Assembly: GCA_934633985.1 (NCBI GenBank)
Contig: CAKTYU010000001.1
Span: forward strand, 158,305 to 222,304
DNA: 64,000 bases
Direction of reading: 5' to 3'
From: an uncultured Clostridia bacterium
GTDB lineage: Bacteria; Bacillota; Clostridia; Christensenellales; CAG-138
Shown: positions 37,984 through 45,907 of the stretch, one piece after another
Layout: each line of letters begins with the position of its first letter
Numbering within the stretch: position 1 is the stretch's first letter
The notes under the pieces: generated by a model
Database searches by the model: none
What the model was told of the DNA's origin: nothing
Seen by the model: the letters and a program-made list of their open reading frames with translations, nothing else
Made by a program: the position numbers and the translations under genes

Positions 37984-38567
37984 GTAAAAAATGCTATCGC
38001 TTCTTTGGCAGTCTGCTGACCGCACAGGAAAATTGGCTTAATAGAATGGCGGGCAAAGGGTATCGCCTTGTCCGTACAGGAAAATTGTTTTATGAATTTG
38101 AAAGCTGTACCCCTAACGAAGTGCAATACTGCATTGACTTCATAGCCGAAAAATCAAAGGCGAGCGCAAAGGAATATCACGATTTTTTAGAGGATATGGG
38201 GTACAGGGTTTTTTTCAAAAATATCAATCTGAATTATTCCATCGGTAAAGTCCGTTATCGTCCGTGGGCTGAAAAAGGTGGGCGTATTGCCACCAACTCC
38301 ACCACTTTCAACCGTGAGCTTTTAATCGTTGAGAAGAAGAATGATGGAAAACCGTTTGAGCTTCATACCTCTTATGAGGATAAGGCGGGCTACTACGCAA
38401 ACTTGCGTAACCCGTGGCTGACGATTGCTATTCTGTTTGCGGTCTTGGGATTTGCACAGCGTTCACTTTGGCTTTTGATACCGGGTGCAATATCTCTTGT
38501 TCCTGTTATTCTGTATCAAGCGCAGATTATGAAAATCAAGCGTGAAGCCAAAACACATGAATGGTAA
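37980..38567 (+). CDS. DUF2812-family membrane protein (usual PadR partner)
   Basis: ATGA overlap with padR. WLNRMAGKGYRLV...YEF pattern and two C-terminal TM segments. Confidence 0.7.
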   Translation: MSKKCYRFFGSLLTAQENWLNRMAGKGYRLVRTGKLFYEFESCTPNEVQYCIDFIAEKSKASAKEYHDFLEDMGYRVFFKNINLNYSIGKVRYRPWAEKGGRIATNSTTFNRELLIVEKKNDGKPFELHTSYEDKAGYYANLRNPWLTIAILFAVLGFAQRSLWLLIPGAISLVPVILYQAQIMKIKREAKTHEW

Positions 38568-38580
38568 ATGAGGTGGTGCA

Positions 38581-38772
38581 TTGGAAAAAGAAAAATGGGT
38601 GCTATGCCCGATCTGCAACAACAAGCCCCGTATTAAGGTGCGCTCCGATACGGTGCTTGAAAACTTCCCGCTGTTCTGCCCCAAATGCAAGCGGAAAACG
38701 ATTATCAGCGTAACCGGGCAGAATGTGGTTGCGGTCAATAAATCTAAAAACGATATGGAGGTATCGCTATGA
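38581..38772 (+). CDS. cysteine-rich KTR-type zinc-ribbon protein
   Basis: 63 aa. CPICNNK...FCPKCKRKT. TTG start lies 4 nt after AGGTGG. Confidence 0.55.
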   Translation: MEKEKWVLCPICNNKPRIKVRSDTVLENFPLFCPKCKRKTIISVTGQNVVAVNKSKNDMEVSL

Positions 38773-38966
38773 AAAAGAATATTTGTAAAATCGTAAGCAT
38801 TACTATGGCGGTGTTGACGGTCGTTGCTATCGTAGGCGCAGTAACCGTAACGGGTAGCGGCTTCTTGGATTTGAGTAATGTCGCCCGGTATTTCCTCATT
38901 GGCTTTGCCGTTGTTTTCGGCATTGTCGCTGTGATTACCGCAAGATACGGTTGGAAGTCCCAATAA
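38769..38966 (+). CDS. small two-TM membrane protein
   Basis: 65 aa. ATGA overlap with the zinc-ribbon gene; GGAGG lies 8 nt upstream; two hydrophobic helices. Confidence 0.5.
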   Translation: MKKNICKIVSITMAVLTVVAIVGAVTVTGSGFLDLSNVARYFLIGFAVVFGIVAVITARYGWKSQ

Positions 38967-39015
38967 AGTTACGGCTACAATACCACAAGCGAAAAATTGA
39001 AATAAAATCATTAGG

Positions 39016-39044
39016 GCGGTTAAGCACTTTTGGGCTTAACCGCC
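39016..39044. terminator. 11-bp hairpin at the end of the PadR cassette; also the distal hairpin downstream of the convergent PHP gene
   Basis: GGCGGTTAAGC-acttttg-GCTTAACCGCC. T-rich tract on the minus-strand side, weak TTGTCT on the plus side. Confidence 0.55.
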
Positions 39045-39057
39045 TTGTCTGCCGCAA

Positions 39058-39134
39058 AGCAAAACAGGCGGCGGCTGTCAACGGCGGGCGTAGCCCGTTC
39101 ATCTAGACCGTTGACTGCTGCTGCCTGTTTTGCT
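39058..39134 (+). repeat. long imperfect inverted repeat forming a 27-bp stem
   Basis: Arms 39058-39084 and 39108-39134. Pairs: 24 Watson-Crick, 2 G-U (plus sense only), 1 mismatch. The 23-nt loop contains its own CGGGC-gta-GCCCG mini-hairpin. Confidence 0.7.
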
Positions 39135-39203
39135 ATCTCCCCTTTGGCTGTTCGGAATAGCGGCGGGGCTGCTGTCCTCGTCTGTGTTTTGTGGTCTGCT
39201 TCT

Positions 39204-39836
39204 TTATTGCCCTTGTGCCTTAAAGCCGGAGAGGTAAACGGCACGGCATTCCCGCGTCTTTATGGCCTCCACAAGCTCCGGCACGGTGGTGAAATACCCC
39301 GGTATTTCCGTGGCGTAAATGCCTACCTGCACCGTGCTGTGGGCGTCGCTCGCGCCGAACTGCTTCAGGCCCGCCTTGATGCAGGTATCCAAAGCCATGC
39401 GGTTCTCGAGGGGGGTGGTGCTTCCATTCAGCACCTCCACGCCCGTAATGCCCTTCAGCGTGAAAAGCATATCCCCAAGGCCGCGGCTGTTTGCCCGGTA
39501 AGGGTGGGCGGAGATGCATACGCCGCCCCGTGCGTTGACGTAATCTATGAATTCCTGCGCCATGAGATGAGGCTCCGGCAGCTCGTCTATGCCGAAGGCC
39601 ACTATGTCCCCCTCGCAGGATAGGTATTCCACGCCGACGAATATCGGGTAGCCTTCCCGCTCGGCTATTTTTGCGGCGTACTCAGCAAGCCCCATCTGGT
39701 CATGGTCGGTGATGCATATACCGTCCAGGCCCTTGCGCCTCGCTTCGGATACGAGCTCTATAAGGTTCATGCGGCTGTCGCCGGAAAAGGTGCGTTCGTG
39801 AAGGTGGGTATCTATTATCAAGGCGTTTATCTCCAA
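39204..39836 (-). CDS. PHP-domain metal-dependent phosphoesterase
   Basis: IDTHLHERTFSGDS, ITDHD, ISAHP and SDAH histidine motifs. Confidence 0.75.
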   Translation of the reverse strand: MEINALIIDTHLHERTFSGDSRMNLIELVSEARRKGLDGICITDHDQMGLAEYAAKIAEREGYPIFVGVEYLSCEGDIVAFGIDELPEPHLMAQEFIDYVNARGGVCISAHPYRANSRGLGDMLFTLKGITGVEVLNGSTTPLENRMALDTCIKAGLKQFGASDAHSTVQVGIYATEIPGYFTTVPELVEAIKTRECRAVYLSGFKAQGQ

Positions 39837-40084
39837 TACATCATGGTATAGCTGAGGCGATCAATTTATATTAGCAGATAGTCGGATATACAGTACAACG
39901 CAAAAAAACGATAATACGGGCGGTGATATAGAAATATAAGATAATAGCCAAGCGCCGCCCGGGGCAGCGATTTTTCAAAAACTGTATACGCGAAACCATT
40001 GACTAAACCCGCCCTTTTGTGTGATACTGTTAATTGTATGATGCTGTTAATAATTATTGATGCGTAATTCGAGGGGTAAACATA

Positions 40085-40687
40085 ATGTCAAAAAAAGAGC
40101 AAGATATTTCAAAGGAAAACGACGGCACGGTAGGCGCCAAGATACGTGCCCTGCGAAAGATACGCGGCCTGTCGCTGCAGCAGATGTCGCAGGAAACGGG
40201 TATGAGCTATTCATACCTTTCGGGCCTGGAGAACGGCAAGCACTCCGTCTCCATAACCAACTTACAGCGCATAGCAAAGTATTTCGGCGTGGATATGGTG
40301 TACTTCCTAATGCCCAGCGGCGCGGTGCCCAAGGTGTTCCGCAAGGAGGAGCTGTTCAAGGGCGGCAGCACCTTTGACGACATAGCCTATCGGGTGATAA
40401 CCCCGGAAAAGACCGGCAACCTGCAGGTGAGCTATGTCTATATGCCCCCAAATGAGCCCAGCGAGAGGAATATCCACAAGCACGGCAGAGGGCAGGAGAT
40501 GATCATTGCCCTGGACGGCTGCGTCTGCGTCATGGTGGAGGAGGAGCGGTACCGGATAGAGCAGGGGGACTGCATAGTATTCGACGCGAACGTGGAACAC
40601 GTAATGTACACGGAGGAGCAGCCGGCGACGTTTGTGATAATATCCAGCCCTCCATACGGGCAGAACATATTTTCTGCGGACGAATAA
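40085..40687 (+). CDS. XRE-family HTH regulator with a C-terminal cupin domain
   Basis: IRALRKIRGLSLQQMSQETGMSYSYLSGLENGK HTH; cupin motif HKHGRGQEMIIALDG...H. Confidence 0.8.
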   Translation: MSKKEQDISKENDGTVGAKIRALRKIRGLSLQQMSQETGMSYSYLSGLENGKHSVSITNLQRIAKYFGVDMVYFLMPSGAVPKVFRKEELFKGGSTFDDIAYRVITPEKTGNLQVSYVYMPPNEPSERNIHKHGRGQEMIIALDGCVCVMVEEERYRIEQGDCIVFDANVEHVMYTEEQPATFVIISSPPYGQNIFSADE

Positions 40688-40767
40688 CCATAAAAGCGGG
40701 GGGAAGCGAAGCTCTCCGCTTTATAATTTCAGCATAGCTGCGATCATTTAAAATTGAGAGGGTAATT

Positions 40768-41616
40768 ATGGATATAAAGGTCATAGACGGTTCTATCATC
40801 GTGTCCGGGGTCAAATGCTTTGACCTTGCGCGCTCCTGCGATTGCGGGCAGGCGTTTCGCTGGAGGGACACGGGGGACGGCTGGTTCGGCGTTGCGGGCG
40901 GCAGGGGCGCTCTCGTCAGGCAGGAGGGGGAGATACTTACCATAACCCCCGGCAAGGACGGGGACGCCGGCTTCTGGCTCGATTACTTTGACTTATTCAG
41001 AAACTATCAGGCCATAGAGGACGGGGTGAGGGGCGACGCCATACTCGGCAAATGCTTAGATCGCGCCGGCGGCATACACATATTCAATCAGGAGCCGTTT
41101 GAAACTCTGATCAGCTTCATTATATCGGCAAACAACAACATAAAGCGCATAACCGGCATAGTGGACAGGCTTTGCACCCTTGCGGGGGAAAAATGCGAGG
41201 GGCCCGCCGAATGTTATTCCTTCCCGACGCCTGAGGCCATAGCGGGGCTTACCGTCGAGCAGCTTACGGACATAGGCTCCGGCTACCGGGCGCCGTATAT
41301 CAAAAACAGCGCCGCAATGGTCGCCGGGGGATACGAGCTGGAGGATCTGAGAAGCATGCCCACCGCGGCGGCGAGAAAAGAGCTGCTCAGGTTCCCTGGG
41401 GTGGGGCCCAAGGTGGCGGACTGCGTGCTGCTTTTCTCGCTGGGCCATGCCGACGCCTTCCCGCTGGACGTATGGATGAAGCGCGCCATGCGGCTCATGT
41501 ACTTTAATGGCGAGGAGCCGGGCAAAAGGGCCATGGAGGAGAAGATAGCCTCCCTCGGGCCGAACAGCGGCATATTGCAGCAATACATATTCCAATACGC
41601 AAGGGAGAATATGTAG
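40768..41616 (+). CDS. ogg: 8-oxoguanine DNA glycosylase / HhH-GPD family glycosylase-lyase
   Basis: CGQAFRW N-domain, FPGVGPKVADCVLLF HhH-GPD motif with catalytic Lys, downstream Asp (DVW). Confidence 0.75.
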   Translation: MDIKVIDGSIIVSGVKCFDLARSCDCGQAFRWRDTGDGWFGVAGGRGALVRQEGEILTITPGKDGDAGFWLDYFDLFRNYQAIEDGVRGDAILGKCLDRAGGIHIFNQEPFETLISFIISANNNIKRITGIVDRLCTLAGEKCEGPAECYSFPTPEAIAGLTVEQLTDIGSGYRAPYIKNSAAMVAGGYELEDLRSMPTAAARKELLRFPGVGPKVADCVLLFSLGHADAFPLDVWMKRAMRLMYFNGEEPGKRAMEEKIASLGPNSGILQQYIFQYARENM

Positions 41617-42738
41617 CTATTTGAAATAGGCGCGGCGGAAAAGCTCCTCTACCTTTTTTTGAGTGTCGTCAGGAATCAGTTTGGCGACCTCACCGCACTG
41701 CGCAACCCTCGCCGCAAGGCGGGGTAGCTTCTTTAAAAAGGCGTTTTTGTCCCGCTCCAGCTCGCATAGCTTCAGGGGCAGCCCCAGCATATCCGCGTAT
41801 TCCTCTATTAGCTCCGCAAGCGCCTCCGGCGTGCCCTTGAGCCCCAGCTCCGAGGCAATGGCGGCGCAGCCTTCGGCGCAGCGGCCCTCTGCGCCCCGTA
41901 TTATGGCGGGGAGGTAGGCGGCGCAGAGCGCCCCGAAGGACGCACAGCCAAAAAGCCCCATGGAGCCGTGAGCCATAGCGGAGCAAAGGCCGGGGGAGGC
42001 GTTGTAGTGGGCTATGCCGCTGAGTATCTGGGCGTTGAGCAGCGGCTCCGACGGAAAGGGCAGGCAGGAAAACGCCACGGTGCTGTCTATCACGGTATGC
42101 ATTGCCTGCATCGCGAAGGGGCGGCTGAAAAAGCTGCCCTCGGGCGATATCGCCGCCTCCACGGAGAGCGCCAGCGCGGACAGCACCGCTTCGCCCACAT
42201 GGGCGCGGGGCAGCGCGTTTAGCAGCGCCGGGTCGATTATGGCGGCGTGAGGCATCAGGCCGGGGCAGTATATGACCTGCTCAAGGCCCTCGCCGGGGTC
42301 CCACAGCGCCGCGTATCCCGTGGCCTCGCCGCCGTTTGAGCCGAGGGTGGGGACGGCGATGAGGCGGGTGCGCCCCAGCTTCATACGGGGTATATCTGAT
42401 CTTGCAAGATCCTCCGGCGCAAGGTCGGGCCGCTCGTAGAATATCCGCATGAGCTTCGCACAGTCCATGGCGGCGCAGCCTCCTATGGCGATGATCCAGC
42501 CCGGCTTGAATTCCATAAGCGCCTTTGTCCCCTCCAGTACCGCCGTCCTGCCCACCGGGCCCTCCGGCACGCCGAATACCCGTATGTGCATACCGGTGCG
42601 CGCGGCCTGCCTCCGCGCTATGCCGCAGGCGGCCTCGCAGTCATGGACTAACAGCATACGGTCTCCCCTGAGCCCGGATATATGCTCCAATGTGCCGTTG
42701 CCGTAAAGTATCCTTATGGGTATCCTGAACTCAGCCAT
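41617..42738 (-). CDS. iron-containing (group III) alcohol dehydrogenase family protein
   Basis: IGGCAAMDCAK and VPTLGSNGGEAT motifs. ATG at 42738 lies 5 nt after AGGGGG. Its stop abuts the ogg stop. Confidence 0.7.
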   Translation of the reverse strand: MAEFRIPIRILYGNGTLEHISGLRGDRMLLVHDCEAACGIARRQAARTGMHIRVFGVPEGPVGRTAVLEGTKALMEFKPGWIIAIGGCAAMDCAKLMRIFYERPDLAPEDLARSDIPRMKLGRTRLIAVPTLGSNGGEATGYAALWDPGEGLEQVIYCPGLMPHAAIIDPALLNALPRAHVGEAVLSALALSVEAAISPEGSFFSRPFAMQAMHTVIDSTVAFSCLPFPSEPLLNAQILSGIAHYNASPGLCSAMAHGSMGLFGCASFGALCAAYLPAIIRGAEGRCAEGCAAIASELGLKGTPEALAELIEEYADMLGLPLKLCELERDKNAFLKKLPRLAARVAQCGEVAKLIPDDTQKKVEELFRRAYFK

Positions 42739-42894
42739 AAGCGCCCCCTGAAAACGTAATGCGTTTATAGGATTCCGCATTTTGGGAAAATGATGCATAT
42801 TATCCTGATATGCGATGTTTGAGAGGATTAAATCCGGATTTTATGGTATAATAACAGCGATTTAAGAATTTTGACGAAAGGAATGAGAATAATA

Positions 42895-43539
42895 ATGATA
42901 AAGCTCAATAAGTACATCGACCATACCCTTCTCAAGCCCGACGCCACCACCGAGCAGGTAAAAAAAATCTGCGAAGAAGCCAAGAAGTACGACTTTGCCA
43001 GCGTGTGCGTAAACTCCTGCCATGCAAAGCTCGTGGCGGATGAGCTCAAGGGCAGCGGCGTTTCCACCTGCTGCGTAGTGGGCTTCCCTCTGGGCGCCAT
43101 GCTCACCGAGGCCAAGGCATACGAGGCCAAGCTGGCGATAGAAAGGGGCGCGAACGAGATAGACATGGTGATAAATATAGGCGCCGCCAAGGAAGGCAAC
43201 TGGAAGCTGGTGGAGGAAGATATAAAGGCGGTAGTTGACGCATGCCATCCCAAGGCGCTGCTGAAGGTCATAATCGAGACCTGCCTGCTCACCGATGAGG
43301 AAAAGAGCGAGGCCTGCCGCTGCGCGGCGCGGGCGGGGGCCGACTATGTAAAGACCAGCACCGGCTTTTCCACCGCCGGCGCAAACGTACACGACGTTGC
43401 GCTCATGCGCGAGGCTGTAGGGCCGGATATGGGCGTAAAGGCCTCCGGCGGCGTGCGCACCCGCGAGGACGCGGACAACATGATAGGGGCGGGCGCCACG
43501 AGGCTCGGCACCAGCTCCGGCGTAAAGCTCATGTCGTAA
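42895..43539 (+). CDS. deoC: deoxyribose-phosphate aldolase
   Basis: [21 protein letters not shown], Schiff-base VKTSTGF. The start is uncertain: ATG at 42883 or 42895, or the tracker TTG at 42871. Confidence 0.85.
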   Translation: MIKLNKYIDHTLLKPDATTEQVKKICEEAKKYDFASVCVNSCHAKLVADELKGSGVSTCCVVGFPLGAMLTEAKAYEAKLAIERGANEIDMVINIGAAKEGNWKLVEEDIKAVVDACHPKALLKVIIETCLLTDEEKSEACRCAARAGADYVKTSTGFSTAGANVHDVALMREAVGPDMGVKASGGVRTREDADNMIGAGATRLGTSSGVKLMS

Positions 43540-43558
43540 ATACTGAAAAATGCTTTAA

Positions 43559-43590
43559 GGCGAAGGAAAAGCTCCTTCGCCCTTTTTTAT
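43559..43590 (+). terminator. intrinsic terminator after deoC
   Basis: GGCGAAGGA-aaagc-TCCTTCGCC followed by CTTTTTTATTTTT. Confidence 0.85.
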
Positions 43591-43645
43591 TTTTGGCGGT
43601 TTTACAAAGAAAGCGCATATTCGCCAAAGCTCGTGGGAATAATTT

Positions 43646-43674
43646 GCAGGAGGCGAAATTTGCGCGAAGAATAA
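43646..43674 (+). promoter_or_regulatory. sigma-H-like promoter of the spoIIA operon, with flanking Spo0A-box-like sequences
   Basis: AGGA (43648-51) and GAAT (43669-72) are separated by 17 nt, as in the RNAGGAWWW-N11-12-RNNGAATWW consensus. TGGCGAA (reverse complement) at 43620-26. Confidence 0.4.
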
Positions 43675-43738
43675 CCAAGGTTAAGCCCTGAAGGGGACAG
43701 GCGTCAGCAGGGCAAAAGCGCTGAATCGGAGGTAATTT

Positions 43739-44041
43739 ATGCGGCTTGAAAAGGACAAAAGAGGAAGGGAGCTTCGCGTCGTGCTTTCAGGGGAGCTGGA
43801 TCACCACAACGCGGCAATCATACGCGGGGAGATAGACCGCGAGCTGGACGGCAGCGTAAAGCTGCTGACGCTGGATATGAGCGGCGTGACCTTTATGGAC
43901 AGCTCGGGCATAGGCGTGGTGCTGGGCAGATACCGGCGCATGAGCGAAAGCGGGGGAAAGCTAAGGATAGGCGGCATGAGCATATATGCAGAAAAGATAC
44001 TAAGAATGGCCGGCGTGCTGGCGCTGCTGGAAAGAAAATAG
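43739..44041 (+). CDS. spoIIAA: anti-sigma-F factor antagonist (STAS domain)
   Basis: 100 aa. LDMSGVTFMDSSGIGVVLG with a phosphorylatable Ser; operon context. Confidence 0.85.
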   Translation: MRLEKDKRGRELRVVLSGELDHHNAAIIRGEIDRELDGSVKLLTLDMSGVTFMDSSGIGVVLGRYRRMSESGGKLRIGGMSIYAEKILRMAGVLALLERK

Positions 44042-44060
44042 ATCAGGGGGGTAAGTTACG

Positions 44061-44504
44061 ATGACGAAAAACAGCATGGAGCTCAGCTTTGACAGCATAT
44101 CTCAAAACGAATCGCTTGCAAGGTCGGTGGCGGCGGCGTTTTCGGCCCAGCTCAATCCCACCATAGGGGAGCTTACGGACATACGCACCGCCATAAGCGA
44201 GGCGGTCACCAACGCCATAATACACGGCTACGGCAACGACCCGTCTAAAAAGGTCTATATGCGCTGCACCGCTGACGAAAGGCTTCTCACGTTTGAGATA
44301 GAGGATAAGGGGCGGGGAATAGAAAACATAGAGCTTGCTATGCAGCCCTTTTACACCACAGAGCCCAACCTTGAGCGCTCCGGCATGGGCTTTTCCGTGA
44401 TGGAGGCCTTTATGGATGACGTGAGGGTGGAGTCCGAGCCGGGCCGCGGCACGCGGGTGACGATGAAAAAGAGCATTTCGGCGGTGAGGGAAGATGAACG
44501 ATGA
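44061..44504 (+). CDS. spoIIAB: anti-sigma-F factor / serine kinase
   Basis: 147 aa. HATPase_c N-box AISEAVTNAIIHGY and G-box ERSGMGF. Confidence 0.85.
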   Translation: MTKNSMELSFDSISQNESLARSVAAAFSAQLNPTIGELTDIRTAISEAVTNAIIHGYGNDPSKKVYMRCTADERLLTFEIEDKGRGIENIELAMQPFYTTEPNLERSGMGFSVMEAFMDDVRVESEPGRGTRVTMKKSISAVREDER

Positions 44505-45258
44505 AAGGATCATGCCCAACCCGCAGTTCCCATACGAGGAAACGCTAAAATACATAAGTCTGGCTCAATCCGGCGACGGGGAGGCCATGAACGAGCTGGT
44601 GGAGCGCAACATGGCCCTCGTGCGCTCCATAGTAAAGAAGTACCTCAACCGTGGCACGGAATACGATGACCTGTACCAGATAGGCAGCATGGGGCTTGTG
44701 AAGGCCATAAAGAACTTCGACAGCTCATACGGTGTGCGCTTCTCCACATACGCCGTGCCCATGATCGCGGGCGAAATAAAGAGGTTCCTCCGGGACGACG
44801 GGATGATAAAGGTAAGCCGCACCCTGAAGGAGCTTGCGGCGAAGGCCTGCGCCGCCCAGCGGGAGCTCGGCACTATTTTGGGGCGTGACCCCGGCATACA
44901 GGAAATAGCGGAGTACATAGGCGAGACGCCGGAGGATATCGCCCTGGCGCTGGATGCATCAAGGCCGCACGTATCCATATACGAGCCGGTATACGGCGAC
45001 GAGGGGGAGGCGCTGGTGATGGACAGGATAACCGCCGAGGAGGACGGCACGGACACGGCTCTGGACAGGGTGCTCTTGCAGCAGCTCATGGAGATACTGG
45101 ACAGCCGGGAAAGGAAGATAGTGGTGATGCGGTATTTCCGCGACAAGACGCAGAGCGAGATTGCGGCGTATCTGGGCATATCACAGGTGCAGGTATCGAG
45201 GCTGGAAAACCGCATACTGGAAAAGCTGAGGGAAAGGGCCGCGGAAAAGGCGCAATAA
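44494..45258 (+). CDS. sigF: sporulation sigma factor SigF
   Basis: Group-3 sigma regions 2-4 (DLYQIGSMGLVKAIKNFD, ISQVQVSRLE). Overlaps spoIIAB by 11 nt. Confidence 0.85.
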   Translation: MNDERIMPNPQFPYEETLKYISLAQSGDGEAMNELVERNMALVRSIVKKYLNRGTEYDDLYQIGSMGLVKAIKNFDSSYGVRFSTYAVPMIAGEIKRFLRDDGMIKVSRTLKELAAKACAAQRELGTILGRDPGIQEIAEYIGETPEDIALALDASRPHVSIYEPVYGDEGEALVMDRITAEEDGTDTALDRVLLQQLMEILDSRERKIVVMRYFRDKTQSEIAAYLGISQVQVSRLENRILEKLRERAAEKAQ

Positions 45259-45260
45259 AT

Positions 45261-45286
45261 AAAAGGCCGGGAAACCGGCCTTTTTG
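45261..45286. terminator. bidirectional terminator after sigF
   Basis: AAAA-GGCCGG-gaaa-CCGGCC-TTTTT. Confidence 0.85.
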
Positions 45287-45295
45287 TATGCTTTG

Positions 45296-45889
45296 TTATT
45301 TGCAGGTCTTTATGAAGGCCTCAACATCGCCGGTGCGTATGTCTATACAGTCATCGGAGAATGCAGTATCGTAGCTGAGCCGCATATACATGGGCTTTTC
45401 ATCAGGAACGCCACCTATGGCCAGCGAATAGCCGTCGTCAATGTCATATAACAGTATATACAGCCCGAAGCCAACGTCCTTGCTTTTATACTGTGCGAAA
45501 TCCTCCCAGCCCAGCTTGTCGCCCTTTTTGGAGAGCCGTACTACGTCGTCGAGGGTGAGATCGTCCGCCACAAACAGCGTCCATTCGTTATTGAACAGCA
45601 CCACGAGTCCGTCCGAGGTAAATGCATACGGGTCGCCCGCGCTGCCGAAATTCGCCTGACCGTGCTCCTTGGGGAGCTGGGTCAGCGGTACGGTAGAGGT
45701 TATTTCACCTTGTATGGCAGAGGGATCGACGTCGCCCGACATTTCGCCTTTGTCAGAAAGATGGTAGAGGACGCCGTCGAGCATTATGGTGGGAAGGTAA
45801 GTGTCAGGCGTTGCGGGAGCTTCCCTTCCGCAGCCTGTGAGCAGCAGCGCAAGCAGAAATGCCGGCAGTAAAAGTGCAATACGCTTCAT
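45296..45889 (-). CDS. lipoprotein of unknown function
   Basis: MKRIALLLPAFLLALLLTGC signal peptide with a lipobox; no recognisable domain. Confidence 0.6.
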   Translation of the reverse strand: MKRIALLLPAFLLALLLTGCGREAPATPDTYLPTIMLDGVLYHLSDKGEMSGDVDPSAIQGEITSTVPLTQLPKEHGQANFGSAGDPYAFTSDGLVVLFNNEWTLFVADDLTLDDVVRLSKKGDKLGWEDFAQYKSKDVGFGLYILLYDIDDGYSLAIGGVPDEKPMYMRLSYDTAFSDDCIDIRTGDVEAFIKTCK

Positions 45890-45907
45890 AGAGACCTCCT
45901 TATGGGC

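Larger units (their letters stand above)
37046..39050. mobile_element. putative horizontally acquired insert (no recombinase present): AT-rich junction, structured non-coding block and a low-GC PadR cassette
   Basis: GC content and Ile-codon usage (ATT/ATC instead of ATA) differ from flanking genes. The left edge coincides with loss of MoeA homology; the right edge has hairpins. Confidence 0.35.

Noticed and set aside
39058-39134. An integron attC site.
   Set aside because: The GTCAAC/GTTGAC boxes sit at the loop-proximal end rather than the outer ends of the stem. They deviate from RYYYAAC/GTTRRRY. There are no extrahelical-base signatures and no intI gene.
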